A stretch of DNA of 64,000 bases from an uncultured Alphaproteobacteria bacterium (GCA_963779765.1 CAVZZP010000002.1:904247-968246); one strand, 5' to 3'; counted from the first letter of the stretch, positions 10,472-22,732 are shown. Notes: generated by a model from the sequence alone, not told the origin. Made by a program: numbers and translations.

Positions 10472-11364
10472 TGCCCGACATCCGCGACATGCAGCTTCTC
10501 GCGGCTCTGGCCCGGCACCGCCACTTCGCTCGCGCCGCGGACGAATGCGGTATTTCGCAGCCCGCCTTCTCCGCGCGCATCAGAAACATGGAACTTGAGC
10601 TGGACGTCCAGATCGTGCGGCGCGGGAACCGCTTTCAGGGGTTCACCGATGAAGGCGAGATCGTCCTGAAATGGGCGCGGCGTGTTCTTTCAGATGCGGA
10701 TGGGCTGAAGCAGGAGCTGGAACTTGCCCGTGGCAAAATATCGGGTCGGCTTTCGGTCGGCGTAATTCCGACCGCGCTTGCCTTCGTGGCACCCTTGCCT
10801 GCGCGTCTGCGTGCCCTTCATCCCGGAATTTCCATGCAGGTCTTCTCGCTGACGACGGCGCGGATCCATCAGGGTCTCGAAGATTACTCGCTCGACGCCG
10901 GCGTCGGATACCTTGACGGGCCACGGCCGGCCACGCTCGCTCCGGCAGAACTGTTGTACGAGGAACGCTACGTCCTGTTGGCGCCGACAGAAATCGCCCC
11001 CCGCTCCGGTGGGGACGTCACCTGGGCCGAAGCGGCCGGATTGCCTCTGTCGATGCTGACGCGGGACATGCGGAACCGCCGCTTTTTGGACGAGGTTTTC
11101 GAAGCTCACGTCGGACGTGCCCCGCAACCCGTGCTGGAAACCAACGACCTCACGACGCTTCTCACCCAAGTCGAACGCGGCGCGTCTGCAGCCATCGTCC
11201 CCGAGGTTCTGGCCGACAGACTGTCGCCCCCGGAGAATGTCGTACGGCTGCGATTGACCGATCCGGACATAACCACGCCGGTCGGCCTTCTTTTGACAGA
11301 TCGCGACCCTCGTCCGCCCGCAGTCAACGCGCTGGCGAACCTGTTCAGGGAGGCCGTGCGATAG
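10471..11364 (+). CDS. LysR-family transcriptional regulator
   Basis: HFARAADECGISQPAFSARIRNME HTH and a substrate-binding domain. Confidence 0.92.
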   Translation: MPDIRDMQLLAALARHRHFARAADECGISQPAFSARIRNMELELDVQIVRRGNRFQGFTDEGEIVLKWARRVLSDADGLKQELELARGKISGRLSVGVIPTALAFVAPLPARLRALHPGISMQVFSLTTARIHQGLEDYSLDAGVGYLDGPRPATLAPAELLYEERYVLLAPTEIAPRSGGDVTWAEAAGLPLSMLTRDMRNRRFLDEVFEAHVGRAPQPVLETNDLTTLLTQVERGASAAIVPEVLADRLSPPENVVRLRLTDPDITTPVGLLLTDRDPRPPAVNALANLFREAVR

Positions 11365-11457
11365 CGTCAGGCGAAGATGTCTTCGGGCATTGCGATTTGA
11401 GTTAACGACCGTTCGAGGCTTTGTGTCCTTTCAGATAAGAACGAAAGGACCAACGAG

Positions 11458-11625
11458 ATGACCTACATCACCTTCACTTCATCGCATCTGGCCGAAAGAA
11501 CTGGCCGTCGCAGCCTCGCGGGCACGATCGTCCATGCCTACTGGTGGGCTCAGTCCGTGGCCCGCGCCTACGCCCGCACCAACGATGTTGTGCGGAGCGT
11601 CTCCGAGACTGCGAAGATCATCTGA
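11458..11625 (+). CDS. Small ORF (55 aa) absent from the ORF track, weakly DUF1127-like
   Basis: GAAAGGA RBS, then ATG 11458 MTYITFTSSHLAERTGRRSLAGTIVHAYWWAQSVARAYARTNDVVRSVSETAKII, stop 11623-11625. Confidence 0.55.
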   Translation: MTYITFTSSHLAERTGRRSLAGTIVHAYWWAQSVARAYARTNDVVRSVSETAKII

Positions 11626-11645
11626 AGACGCTCCACGACGAGAGG

Positions 11646-12044
11646 TCAGGCAGTCGCTGCCCGGTTGCGGCCATTGTCCAGCGCGAAGGCTCCCGGACCC
11701 GCAAAGACAAGATAAAGAAAGACGAAGCTGAACATGATGGCGAGTTCGCCGCCGTTCTGCACGGGATAAACCGAGCTAGGCGCATGGAACATCCAGTATG
11801 CGACGGCCATCATCCCCGACAGGACGAAGGCCACAGGACGCGTGAAAAGCCCGAGGATCAGAAGGATGCCGCCCACGAGTTCGAGGATGCCGCCAAGGCC
11901 GAAGAGCGAGAACAGTTCCGGCTGCGGCATCTCCATTGCCGGAAAGCCAAGAAGCTTCTGGGTGCCGTGCTGAAGGAAGAGAAGGGCCGCGACGATGCGG
12001 AGAAGACCCAGCACCTGCGGGGCGTATCGGTCGAGTGTCGTCAT
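11646..12044 (-). CDS. DoxX-family membrane protein
   Basis: LLRIVAALLFLQHGTQKL...GLFTRPVAF...GPGAFALD. Confidence 0.9.
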   Translation of the reverse strand: MTTLDRYAPQVLGLLRIVAALLFLQHGTQKLLGFPAMEMPQPELFSLFGLGGILELVGGILLILGLFTRPVAFVLSGMMAVAYWMFHAPSSVYPVQNGGELAIMFSFVFLYLVFAGPGAFALDNGRNRAATA

Positions 12045-12177
12045 GGTAAAGGGTCCTAGCTTGAATGAAGAGGCCTGATCAGCCGTGCGGCATTCAACCT
12101 AAACACTCTTCGCGCGAGTGAAATGTGCGATTTCAAATAGAACCTGTGCGATATACGCAGGACGTCCGGTGCGGAAC

Positions 12178-12672
12178 TCAGAAGGGGATTTCGTCGTCCA
12201 AATCCTGCGTCGAGGGGGAGCGACCGCCCTGATCGCCGCCTCGGTCGTCGTGGCTGCCGCCACCGCCGCCATAGCTACCACGGTCTTCGTCATAGACACC
12301 GCCACCGCCGCCGCCATCGCTGCGCCCGTCGAGGAGCGTCAGTTCACCCCGGTAGGGCCGAAGCACGACCTCGGTCGAATAGCGGTCCTGGCCGGACTGG
12401 TCCTGCCACTTCCGGGTCTCGAGCTGGCCCTCGATGTACACCTTCGAGCCCTTCTTCAGGTATTGCTCGGCAATGCGCGCCAGGGGTTCCGAGAAGATGG
12501 CGACCGAATGCCACTCGGTCTTCTCGCGCCGCTCGCCGGAGTTGCGGTCCTTCCAGTTTTCGGAGGTGGCGATGCGCAGGTTGCAGACCTTGCCGCCGTT
12601 CTGGAACGTGCGGACCTCTGGGTCGCGTCCCAGATTGCCTACCAGGATGACCTTGTTCACCGAACCCGCCAT
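12178..12672 (-). CDS. ssb: Single-stranded DNA-binding protein
   Basis: [15 protein letters not shown]; Gly-rich linker; DDEIPF tail. Confidence 0.98.
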   Translation of the reverse strand: MAGSVNKVILVGNLGRDPEVRTFQNGGKVCNLRIATSENWKDRNSGERREKTEWHSVAIFSEPLARIAEQYLKKGSKVYIEGQLETRKWQDQSGQDRYSTEVVLRPYRGELTLLDGRSDGGGGGGVYDEDRGSYGGGGGSHDDRGGDQGGRSPSTQDLDDEIPF

Positions 12673-12771
12673 GTCACGCCTCCATCGAATCTGAACAGCC
12701 TTTGGCGGACCCTAACTGCCGTGCCCTTGGTTAACAACGGATGAAAGCCCGAGAAGGCCGGCTGCCGCTGG

Positions 12772-13773
12772 TCAGGAAATGTCCAGTTCGACCGACACAG
12801 GGAAATGGTCGGAGGCCATCAGCAGCGCCTCCCGCAGTTCCGGCAACTCGTCACAGATCGGATCGTCGAAAGGGTGCCAGATTCGCCAGCTCCGCGCCTT
12901 GTCGCGAAGGTCGGGCGACACCATGACGTAGTCGAGTAGAGTCTGCATCCACCGCTTTCGGTCCGCCATCCAGAAGCGCGCCGACGCCGGAAGGAGGCCG
13001 CCCACGGGGCGCCTTATCAACGCCTCCGCATGAGCGTCGTAGAGCCGGAGTTCCCCTTCCTGCCCCATCACGATCTCGACGCCCGAGCGACCGAACAGCT
13101 TTTCGTACTCGTCGAGACCCGGGCCGTCATTGAAATCGCCGAGAACAATCAGGGACTGGCCTGCGTCGAGATGATCCTCCACACGCTCGCGGAGCCAGAT
13201 GCACTGGGCCAGTTGCTTGCGCCGGTTGTCGATGGCGATGCGCATGGCATGGTCCGGCCGCCGCGCGCCGTGTGGCGCCTTCGACTTGGCATGGACCCCG
13301 ATCATCCTCAGGGACGTACCGCCCCGCGTCGTCACAAGAAGCTCGAGCGGCGGCTTGGACCAGCGCACTCTTTCGGGCTCGGCATCGACATCGAGGTCTA
13401 TCGCATACTCTTGGTCGAACCGGGGAGAGCCGATGGGGTCATGGACTGCCGTCATCACCTCTGGATCGAAGAGAAGGGCGATTTCCTGCTGCGTCTCGTT
13501 GGCGAACCCGATCACCGCACGTGTGGTTCTAAGGTTCATCGTCCGCGCAAACTCCTCCAGCGCCGCAACGCCATCCTTGCGGCGATGGCTGTCAGGCGCC
13601 TCGATCACCATGATCGCATCGGCGTCAAGCGCGGTGAAAACAATGCCAAGCGCCTCGATCTGCTGGTGCCTGCGAACGTCGTGACGGCCTGACCAGCCGT
13701 GATCGTCGAGAAGCCGTCCGCGGTCGTCGAAGAGGTTCGAGAACCACTCGACATTGTACGTGGCTATGCGCAT
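12772..13773 (-). CDS. Endonuclease/exonuclease/phosphatase family protein
   Basis: IATYNV, HAKSK, GDFND, LDY and SDH motifs. Confidence 0.9.
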   Translation of the reverse strand: MRIATYNVEWFSNLFDDRGRLLDDHGWSGRHDVRRHQQIEALGIVFTALDADAIMVIEAPDSHRRKDGVAALEEFARTMNLRTTRAVIGFANETQQEIALLFDPEVMTAVHDPIGSPRFDQEYAIDLDVDAEPERVRWSKPPLELLVTTRGGTSLRMIGVHAKSKAPHGARRPDHAMRIAIDNRRKQLAQCIWLRERVEDHLDAGQSLIVLGDFNDGPGLDEYEKLFGRSGVEIVMGQEGELRLYDAHAEALIRRPVGGLLPASARFWMADRKRWMQTLLDYVMVSPDLRDKARSWRIWHPFDDPICDELPELREALLMASDHFPVSVELDIS

Positions 13774-14453
13774 CAGGCCCGGCCTTCGCGGATCTCTTCC
13801 CAGGCACGGTTCACGACGACGAGGCGCGCCTCGGCCAGCTTGACGGCCTCCTGCGGCACGCCGCGCGCGATCATCCGGTCAGGATGTGCCTCGCGGACTA
13901 GTGCCCGCCAGGCCTTGCGGACGTCTTCGACCGGCGTTCCCGGATCGACGCCCAGGACTTCCCAGGGGTCGGGCTCGCAGTCGGGCACGAAGCGTGCGCG
14001 AAGGCTTCGGAACGCACGGTCGGACACTCCGAAGATACCCGCGACGCGAGACAGGAAATCATCCTCGGCGGGGTGGTAGTCGCCGTCGGCGACAGCGATG
14101 TGGAAGAGACCCTCAAGAAGATCGGCAAGCGGCCCTTCTGCGTTACGGAACATCGCCGCGACCCGCGTCGCATAGACGTCGAAGCCCGCTACGTCCTGTC
14201 GCGCCAGATTGAACACGCGCGCAGCGGCGGCCTCGTCGGCGGCGGCGATCGTGAAGACCTCGCGAAACGCAGCGACTTCGTTGCGGGTCACACGGCCATC
14301 GGCCTTGGCCATCTTCGCGCCAAGCGCAATCACGGCGATGGTAAAGCCAACGGTGCGTTCGGGCGGCGTCCGCAGGCGATCAAAGACCGCCGACAGACCC
14401 TCGCCCGACCTCAGGGCTCCGAGGGCCTGTGTGATGCGTGTCCAGATCGACAT
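13773..14453 (-). CDS. djlA: DjlA-like co-chaperone (TerB + J domain)
   Basis: AKMAKADG TerB motif; J domain with HPD. Confidence 0.88.
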   Translation of the reverse strand: MSIWTRITQALGALRSGEGLSAVFDRLRTPPERTVGFTIAVIALGAKMAKADGRVTRNEVAAFREVFTIAAADEAAAARVFNLARQDVAGFDVYATRVAAMFRNAEGPLADLLEGLFHIAVADGDYHPAEDDFLSRVAGIFGVSDRAFRSLRARFVPDCEPDPWEVLGVDPGTPVEDVRKAWRALVREAHPDRMIARGVPQEAVKLAEARLVVVNRAWEEIREGRA

Positions 14454-14463
14454 GCGGGGCACC

Positions 14464-14967
14464 CTAGTCGCTGGCGTCCCCTGCGTCACCCAGCCATTTC
14501 CGCATCAGGATCAGGTCCATCCAGCGCCCGAACTTGAAGCCGACCGAGGGAAGCCTCGCGACCTCCTCGAAGCCCGCGCGGGCGTGGAAGGCCAGCCCCG
14601 CCGGGTTCTCGCCCGAGACGCCGGCCCACATCGAGCCCACGCCCCTGCAGTGGGCGTGATCGAGCGTCGCCTCGATCAAAAGGCGCCCGGTTCCCTTCCC
14701 CCGCGCCTCCGGTGCAAGGATGATCGAGTGCTCCATGCTGCGCGCATAGCCGGGCCCTTTCCGAAGCTGATCGTAGGAGACGAAGCCCGCGATTCGGCCC
14801 ACATCGTCCTCGGCAACAAGAAAGCAGGGTGCGGCGGTGATGGCCGCGATGATGTCCGTCTCGGTCTTTTCGACCGACGTGAACGTCACAGCCGTGTCGC
14901 GGATGATCGGGTTCTGGATCGCGAGAATGGCGGGCGCATCCTCTTCCCGGGCAGGCCGTATGATCAC
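14464..14967 (-). CDS. GNAT acetyltransferase (phosphinothricin acetyltransferase-like)
   Basis: RGKGTGR acetyl-CoA motif, VGFKFGRWMD. Confidence 0.88.
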   Translation of the reverse strand: MIIRPAREEDAPAILAIQNPIIRDTAVTFTSVEKTETDIIAAITAAPCFLVAEDDVGRIAGFVSYDQLRKGPGYARSMEHSIILAPEARGKGTGRLLIEATLDHAHCRGVGSMWAGVSGENPAGLAFHARAGFEEVARLPSVGFKFGRWMDLILMRKWLGDAGDASD

Positions 14968-15590
14968 GCAAGGATCCTGTTGCCCTCGGGCGTCGCGATG
15001 GTCGCGATGAGACGCTTCTCGGGTCCTTCACGAAGCGACACGCGGTCGACGGAATGAAGCGCGGGAAACGCCGCAAGAAGCTTGTCGGCCTCTGGGTGGA
15101 ACACGTCGAGGCGTGTCAGACGGAAACCGTGGTCCGGAAGGCGGTTTGCCGGGTGAAAGCCTTCGGGCCATTCGATCAGCGCCGGCATGGCGTCGTCGAA
15201 GGGGAGCCGGCCGAAATCGGTGACGCCCATCCACCAGTGAATGTCGCCCCGCGACATCTCCATCACCTTCCCGCTTCCCGTCGGAGCGGCGGCCAAAGCG
15301 TTGTCCAGGTGATCGGTTCGGCAGATCCAGTTGGTCATCCGCGGCGCGCCTGAGAAGACATCGAGGTTGAACCAGCGGCGATGCTGAGGGTTCGGAGCGT
15401 CCGGATCCACCGCGATCACTTCGAGATATGTCCGGTCGCCGAGCGACAGAAGGCGATTGTGCGTGCCCATGTAAGGATGTTTGCCGCCCGGCGAAAGCGT
15501 CGCCCCCAGGACCGCCTCGACATAGGCAGTACCCTCGTCGAGCGTGCGTGCGACCACCGCGACGTGGTCAAGGGCTAGGTGGAATCGCAT
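14964..15590 (-). CDS. VOC / glyoxalase-like protein
   Basis: LDHV, GGKHPYMGTHNRLL, YLEVIA. Confidence 0.87.
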   Translation of the reverse strand: MRFHLALDHVAVVARTLDEGTAYVEAVLGATLSPGGKHPYMGTHNRLLSLGDRTYLEVIAVDPDAPNPQHRRWFNLDVFSGAPRMTNWICRTDHLDNALAAAPTGSGKVMEMSRGDIHWWMGVTDFGRLPFDDAMPALIEWPEGFHPANRLPDHGFRLTRLDVFHPEADKLLAAFPALHSVDRVSLREGPEKRLIATIATPEGNRILA

Positions 15591-15668
15591 GGCGAGTTCA
15601 TTGACGCGTGAAACCTTCGTCTAGCAAGCGAAATTCATTCCACGACATGTTTCCGCGCGTGACTTCGC

Positions 15669-16121
15669 TCAGGCGCGTTCGTCCTTCGGCGAGTCCATGA
15701 CAACATAGGTGGTCAAGGATCTCACCTGCGGTAGCGTACCCAGAACGTCCGAATGCAGCGTCTTGTAGGATGCAAGGTCCGCCGTCTCGACCCGAAGCAG
15801 ATACTCGACCGTGCCGGTGATGTTGTGGCATTCGCGGACCTCCGGCGCCCGCGAAGCCGCTCTCTCGAAAGCCTGCTGCGCCGCCTTGGTATGTTCCGAA
15901 AGCCCAACCGCCACATAGGCCACAAAGCCGCGGTCAAGCGCCGCTCCGTCGAGCACTGCGCGATAGCCACGGATCACGCCGCTGCGCTCGAGCTCCTGCA
16001 CGCGGCGGAGACAGGCAGAAGGCGACAGGCCGACACGCTCCGCAAGCTCGGTGTTCGGCAGGCGCCCGTCAGCCGAAAGAACCTGCAATATTCGCGTGTT
16101 TATGGCGTCCAGTTTGATCAT
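15669..16121 (-). CDS. Lrp/AsnC-family regulator
   Basis: LAERVGLSPSACLRRVQELE...ECHNITG. Confidence 0.93.
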   Translation of the reverse strand: MIKLDAINTRILQVLSADGRLPNTELAERVGLSPSACLRRVQELERSGVIRGYRAVLDGAALDRGFVAYVAVGLSEHTKAAQQAFERAASRAPEVRECHNITGTVEYLLRVETADLASYKTLHSDVLGTLPQVRSLTTYVVMDSPKDERA

Positions 16122-16193
16122 TCATTGCACAAGTTAAAGCTTCGCGGGGATCTTCGCAACCGAATGCTTATTGAACTAGTGTACCATTGCTGC

Positions 16194-16781
16194 ATGACAC
16201 CTGACATTCTTCTCGCCCTCGCCGGCTTCGCTCTCGTCACCTCGATCACACCGGGGCCGAACAATCTGATGTTGATGGCGTCGGGCGCAAACTTCGGTTT
16301 TCGTCGCAGCGTGCCTCACATGCTGGGCATCAGTCTCGGCCATATGCTGATGATGGTGCTTATTGGCCTGGGCCTGTTTCGTATCTTCGAGGCGTTCCCG
16401 GTGCTGCATTTGGCGATGAAGGTCCTGGGCGCCGCGTATCTCCTTGCACTCGCCTGGAAAATCGCGCGCGCCGCGCCGCCCGAAGCGTCCGAGGCGTCGG
16501 GCAGCCCCATGAGTTTCATGCAGGCGGCAGCCTTCCAGTGGGTCAACCCAAAGGGATGGTTCATGGCCCTGACGGCAATGACCGTCTACGCCCCGCCCGA
16601 CAGCGCCATCGCGGTTCTCGCGGTGTCCGCCGTCTTCGCTCTCGTCAACCTGCCCTCGGTCAGCCTCTGGACCCTTCTCGGGCGCGAGGTGAAGCGCCTT
16701 CTGACAAGTGCCGCTCGACTTCGCGCGTTCAACTGGACGATGGCCGCGCTTCTTGTCCTGTCGCTGACGACGATCCTCTAG
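16194..16781 (+). CDS. LysE-family amino-acid exporter
   Basis: ITPGPNN, FQWVNPKGW; divergent from the Lrp gene. Confidence 0.92.
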   Translation: MTPDILLALAGFALVTSITPGPNNLMLMASGANFGFRRSVPHMLGISLGHMLMMVLIGLGLFRIFEAFPVLHLAMKVLGAAYLLALAWKIARAAPPEASEASGSPMSFMQAAAFQWVNPKGWFMALTAMTVYAPPDSAIAVLAVSAVFALVNLPSVSLWTLLGREVKRLLTSAARLRAFNWTMAALLVLSLTTIL

Positions 16782-17263
16782 GTGAGCAGACGCCAAAACG
16801 TCCAGAGCGTGGCGAGGACCGTCGGATAGAAGCTCGCGGCGAAGCCGAAGGCCCGGAGCGGCGGCGAGAGGTGGTATCCGATCCAGAACGCCAGCCGTGC
16901 AATGCCGAACGCGACACCAAGAACGACGGCCGTAACCCCGCCGAGCCATGACGCCACGAATGGCCACAGAAGCAGGGCGAGGACGCATTGTTCGATCGTG
17001 TTAGTCAGAACGCGCTGATCGATCTCGGCACCTGAGCCCGGAACGAAGGGTTGACCGTCGATGCTGGCGTCGTCGAAGAAGCGCCGCTGCGCGATGCGTC
17101 CGACGATCAGCATCAGGAAAAGTCCGGCCGGCAGGAATGCGTAGATCAGCGCAATGTTCAGAGGCAGGAAAGGCTGCGGACCGTAGGACGGACCGATCAC
17201 GACGCCCACGGACCAGAGCGCGCCGGCCGCCATGCCGATCAGGATCCTGCCACGCCTACCCAT
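16778..17263 (-). CDS. MAPEG-like membrane protein
   Basis: RVLTNTIEQ, ARLAFWIGY; GGAGG RBS before ATG 17263. Confidence 0.75.
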   Translation of the reverse strand: MGRRGRILIGMAAGALWSVGVVIGPSYGPQPFLPLNIALIYAFLPAGLFLMLIVGRIAQRRFFDDASIDGQPFVPGSGAEIDQRVLTNTIEQCVLALLLWPFVASWLGGVTAVVLGVAFGIARLAFWIGYHLSPPLRAFGFAASFYPTVLATLWTFWRLLT

Positions 17264-17278
17264 CACAATCCTCCAGGC

Positions 17279-17331
17279 TTCTTCTGTCCCTAAGTACTCT
17301 GGGGTAGCGCGAGGGGGCAACGCCCCCTCGC
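17279..17331. repeat. REP-like palindromic intergenic element
   Basis: TTCTTCTGTCCCTAAGTACTCTGGGG followed by perfect 10-bp stem GCGAGGGGGC-AAC-GCCCCCTCGC (17309-17331); only one copy in this window. Confidence 0.5.
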
Positions 17332-17366
17332 CAAAGGCGACGGCCCCAGGCCGGCGCAACGTGGCG

Positions 17367-19482
<2,116 letters not shown>

Positions 19483-19557
19483 GGGCGGTGCTCCTTCGGC
19501 AGGATGCCCCTTCGGTTTTGGCGCGGGGCACATATATTCTTCTGGAACGGAGACGAC

Positions 19558-20013
19558 ATGAACAAGTCTATCGCCTTGAGGAGTATGGCTTTGCTCGCCG
19601 CCGCCTGGGGACTTTCAGCAGCGGCCCAGGACACGGCCGCCGAGCGCTGGCAGACAGCGCCGGAGGTTGTTCTAGAGGCGTCGGACCTGACGCTCGAGGA
19701 GTTCGAGTGGATCGCGCGGCCGATCGTTGTCTTCGCTGACTCTCCCGCCGACCCGGCGTTCCGGCAGCAGATGGAGTTCCTCGCCGAGCGGCCCGCGGCG
19801 CTCGTCGAACGTGACGTCGTGGTCATCGTCGACACGGATCCTTCGGCGCAGACTGCGATCCGCAAGACCCTTCGGCCCCGCGGCTTCCAGATGACCCTGA
19901 TCGGAAAAGACGGTCGCGTGGTTCTGAGAAAGCCTTTCCCCTGGCATGTCCGCGAGATCACGCGGTCCATCGACAAGCAGCCCATCCGCATACAGGAACT
20001 TCGCGGGGAATGA
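19558..20013 (+). CDS. DUF4174 exported protein
   Basis: Signal peptide; RPIVVFA...LIGKDG...IDKQPIR. Confidence 0.8.
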   Translation: MNKSIALRSMALLAAAWGLSAAAQDTAAERWQTAPEVVLEASDLTLEEFEWIARPIVVFADSPADPAFRQQMEFLAERPAALVERDVVVIVDTDPSAQTAIRKTLRPRGFQMTLIGKDGRVVLRKPFPWHVREITRSIDKQPIRIQELRGE

Positions 20014-20065
20014 CGTCGCGGCCCCGCTGCCGCGGGGCGGTCCGGCGCGTATGACCTGACTGGTG

Positions 20066-20626
20066 TCACCAGAACCTCCACCAAGGCTTACTATGGTTGC
20101 CAATCGGCAGTCCGAGGCGCGGCAACTCGCCGGACAGACGCATCAGGCCGACAGGCGGACCGTCCAGGGTGTCGATGCCGGTGATTTCCCGAAAGACGTT
20201 GGCAGGGATCGCGGCATCGACGTGGCACATCTCCCCAGCCTTGCCCGCCCCCAGGTCGGAGCGAAGCCGCTCGAGGCTTACGGGAAGTCTGCCAGCGACC
20301 GTCAGGCCAGTGTCATCGCCAGTGAAGCACGCGCTCCAACGCTCGGAGCCATCCTGGTGAAACCGCACCGTCTTCGTCTCGGTGTCGACCGCGAGTTCCA
20401 GAACGAGGATCGGGCTGGTCATCGAAAGGAGGTCATAGTCCGCCGCGCTGTACGCATCTTTCGCGTCCAGATTGCTCCAGACGAGGAAGTGGTTTCCGAT
20501 GTCGACCGCCGAAGCGGGTCCGGCGCCATCCGGGTCCGGCGTTGCCGTCAGCACGACGCCCGCTGCGGACAGCAACGCCTGAGCCGTGTCCGCGGGGGTG
20601 GCGACGAGAGTGACAGTTCTCTCCAT
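20066..20626 (-). CDS. Hypothetical protein with C-terminal KPWWRFW
   Basis: ATG 1 nt after the pccA stop; 186-aa ORF. Confidence 0.6.
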   Translation of the reverse strand: MERTVTLVATPADTAQALLSAAGVVLTATPDPDGAGPASAVDIGNHFLVWSNLDAKDAYSAADYDLLSMTSPILVLELAVDTETKTVRFHQDGSERWSACFTGDDTGLTVAGRLPVSLERLRSDLGAGKAGEMCHVDAAIPANVFREITGIDTLDGPPVGLMRLSGELPRLGLPIGNHSKPWWRFW

Positions 20627-20627
20627 C

Positions 20628-22628
20628 TCACTCGAATTCCATGATGACGTCGTCGACCTTTAGGCTGTCACCCGCAGCAGCGTTGATTTTCACCACGACG
20701 CCCTTCTTCTCGGCACGAAGGATGTTCTCCATCTTCATCGCCTCGACCGTGCAAAGCGACTGGCCTTCCTGCACCTCGTCCCCCTCCTCGACGTCGATCT
20801 TCACGATCAGGCCCGGCATGGGGCACAGAAGCAGCTTCGAGGTATCGGCCGGCGTCTTCTCCGGCATGCGCGCCGCCAGTTCCTGCTGCCTTGGTGTTCG
20901 GATCGTCACCGAGAGGTCGGCGCCGCGAGAGCGGACGCGGAAGCCGTGGGTGTGTTTGCCGACCTTGAGGATCAACGGGTCGCCATTCACGCTGAGGCGG
21001 GAAAGCGGCTGTCCTGGCGTCCAATCGCTTTCGACCCGCATCGTGGCGCCATCGTCGAAGGTAACCGTCGATCCTGCGGGGTCGGCGTCGATGCGGACCG
21101 CGAACGTCTCGCCCTGAAGCTGCGCGATCCAATGATTGCCCACGCGCCGCTCATGGTTCCCCATGCGGCCCGAGATGCGGGTTCGCCGGATTTCGGCTAC
21201 ACGGTTCATCGCCGTGGTGGCGGCGGCGAACCGGCGGAGGTCATCGCGGCCGAGTGTCACCCCACCGAAGCCCTCGGGGTATTCTTCGGCAATGAATGCG
21301 GTGGTCATGTTGCCCGACACGAACTTGGGATGGTCCATCACGGCGGCGAGGAAAGGGATGTTGTGACCGATGCCCTCGACCTCGAAGGCATCGAGGGCGG
21401 TGCGCATCTCTTCGATCGCCTCGCCCCGGGTGGGCGCCCAGGTGCAGAGCTTGGCGATCATGGGATCGTAGAACATGCTGATCTCGCCGCCCTCGAAGAC
21501 ACCGGTGTCATTGCGGACGGCCCGCGTCTTTTCGGAAATCTCCTCGGGCGGACGGTAACGCGTCAGTCGGCCGATGGACGGGAGGAAGCCGCGATACGGG
21601 TCCTCGGCGTAGAGCCGCAACTCGATGGCCCAGCCATTTATGCCCACGTCCGCCTGAGTGATCGATAGAGGTTCACCCGCCGCAACGCGGATCATCTGCT
21701 CGACAAGGTCGACCCCGGTGATGAGCTCGGTCACTGGGTGTTCGACCTGGAGGCGCGTGTTCATCTCGAGAAAGTAGAAGTTGCGTTCGCCGTCGACGAT
21801 GAACTCGACGGTGCCTGCGCTGGCGTATCCGACGGCGTGAGCAAGTGCGAGTGACTGCTCGCCCATGGCGCGTCGCGTGTCCTCGTCGAGGAAGGGTGAC
21901 GGCGCTTCTTCGATCACCTTCTGGTTCCGGCGCTGGATCGAGCACTCCCGCTCATTTAGATAGACGCCGTTTCCATGGCTGTCGCACAGCACCTGGATTT
22001 CGATGTGCCGGGGCTGTGTAACGAACTTTTCGATGAAAATGCGGTCGTCGCCGAAGGAATTCGCGGCCTCGTTCTTCGAAGATTGGAACCCCTCGCGCGC
22101 CTCCTGGTCGGTCCAGGCGATCCGCATTCCCTTGCCGCCCCCGCCCGCGCTGGCCTTGATCATCACCGGATAACCGACCTGTCCCGAGATCTGCACCGCC
22201 TCGTCCGCGTCGGCGACCAAGCCCATATAACCGGGGACCGTCGAGACACCCGCCTCCTGAGCGATCTTTTTCGACGTGATCTTGTCGCCCATAGCCTCGA
22301 TCGCGCGCTTGGGCGGACCCACGAAGGCGATCCCTGCGTTATCAAGGGCAGCGGCGAACTTCGGGTTCTCGGACAGGAAACCATAGCCTGGGTGCACCGC
22401 TTCGGCGCCGGACGCGTGAATGGCATCCATGATCCGGTCGATGACGATATAGGACTGGTTCGCGGGCGACGGTCCGATGTGCACCGCCTCGTCCGCCATC
22501 CTGACGTGAAGTGCGCCCTCGTCCGCGTCGGAATACACTGCGACCGTAGCGATGCCCATCTTGCGTGCGGTCTTGATGACCCTGCACGCAATCTCGCCTC
22601 GGTTGGCGATCAGGATCTTCTTGAACAT
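20628..22628 (-). CDS. pccA: Propionyl-CoA carboxylase alpha subunit
   Basis: KILIANRGEIA, GGGGKGMR, FLEMNTRLQVEH, biotin site EAMKM. Confidence 0.96.
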   Translation of the reverse strand: MFKKILIANRGEIACRVIKTARKMGIATVAVYSDADEGALHVRMADEAVHIGPSPANQSYIVIDRIMDAIHASGAEAVHPGYGFLSENPKFAAALDNAGIAFVGPPKRAIEAMGDKITSKKIAQEAGVSTVPGYMGLVADADEAVQISGQVGYPVMIKASAGGGGKGMRIAWTDQEAREGFQSSKNEAANSFGDDRIFIEKFVTQPRHIEIQVLCDSHGNGVYLNERECSIQRRNQKVIEEAPSPFLDEDTRRAMGEQSLALAHAVGYASAGTVEFIVDGERNFYFLEMNTRLQVEHPVTELITGVDLVEQMIRVAAGEPLSITQADVGINGWAIELRLYAEDPYRGFLPSIGRLTRYRPPEEISEKTRAVRNDTGVFEGGEISMFYDPMIAKLCTWAPTRGEAIEEMRTALDAFEVEGIGHNIPFLAAVMDHPKFVSGNMTTAFIAEEYPEGFGGVTLGRDDLRRFAAATTAMNRVAEIRRTRISGRMGNHERRVGNHWIAQLQGETFAVRIDADPAGSTVTFDDGATMRVESDWTPGQPLSRLSVNGDPLILKVGKHTHGFRVRSRGADLSVTIRTPRQQELAARMPEKTPADTSKLLLCPMPGLIVKIDVEEGDEVQEGQSLCTVEAMKMENILRAEKKGVVVKINAAAGDSLKVDDVIMEFE

Positions 22629-22732
22629 GCTCGGTCTCCCCCGAGAGGCGCCAGGCGACGCCCCGTGCGTTCTTTAATTGCCGTGACCGGCCGTGCCGAA
22701 GCGTGACTTAAACGGTCTTCGCGCGATGGTGG

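Noticed and set aside
12256-12320. GCC/CCG repeats in ssb
   Set aside because: They encode the ordinary Gly-rich SSB linker.
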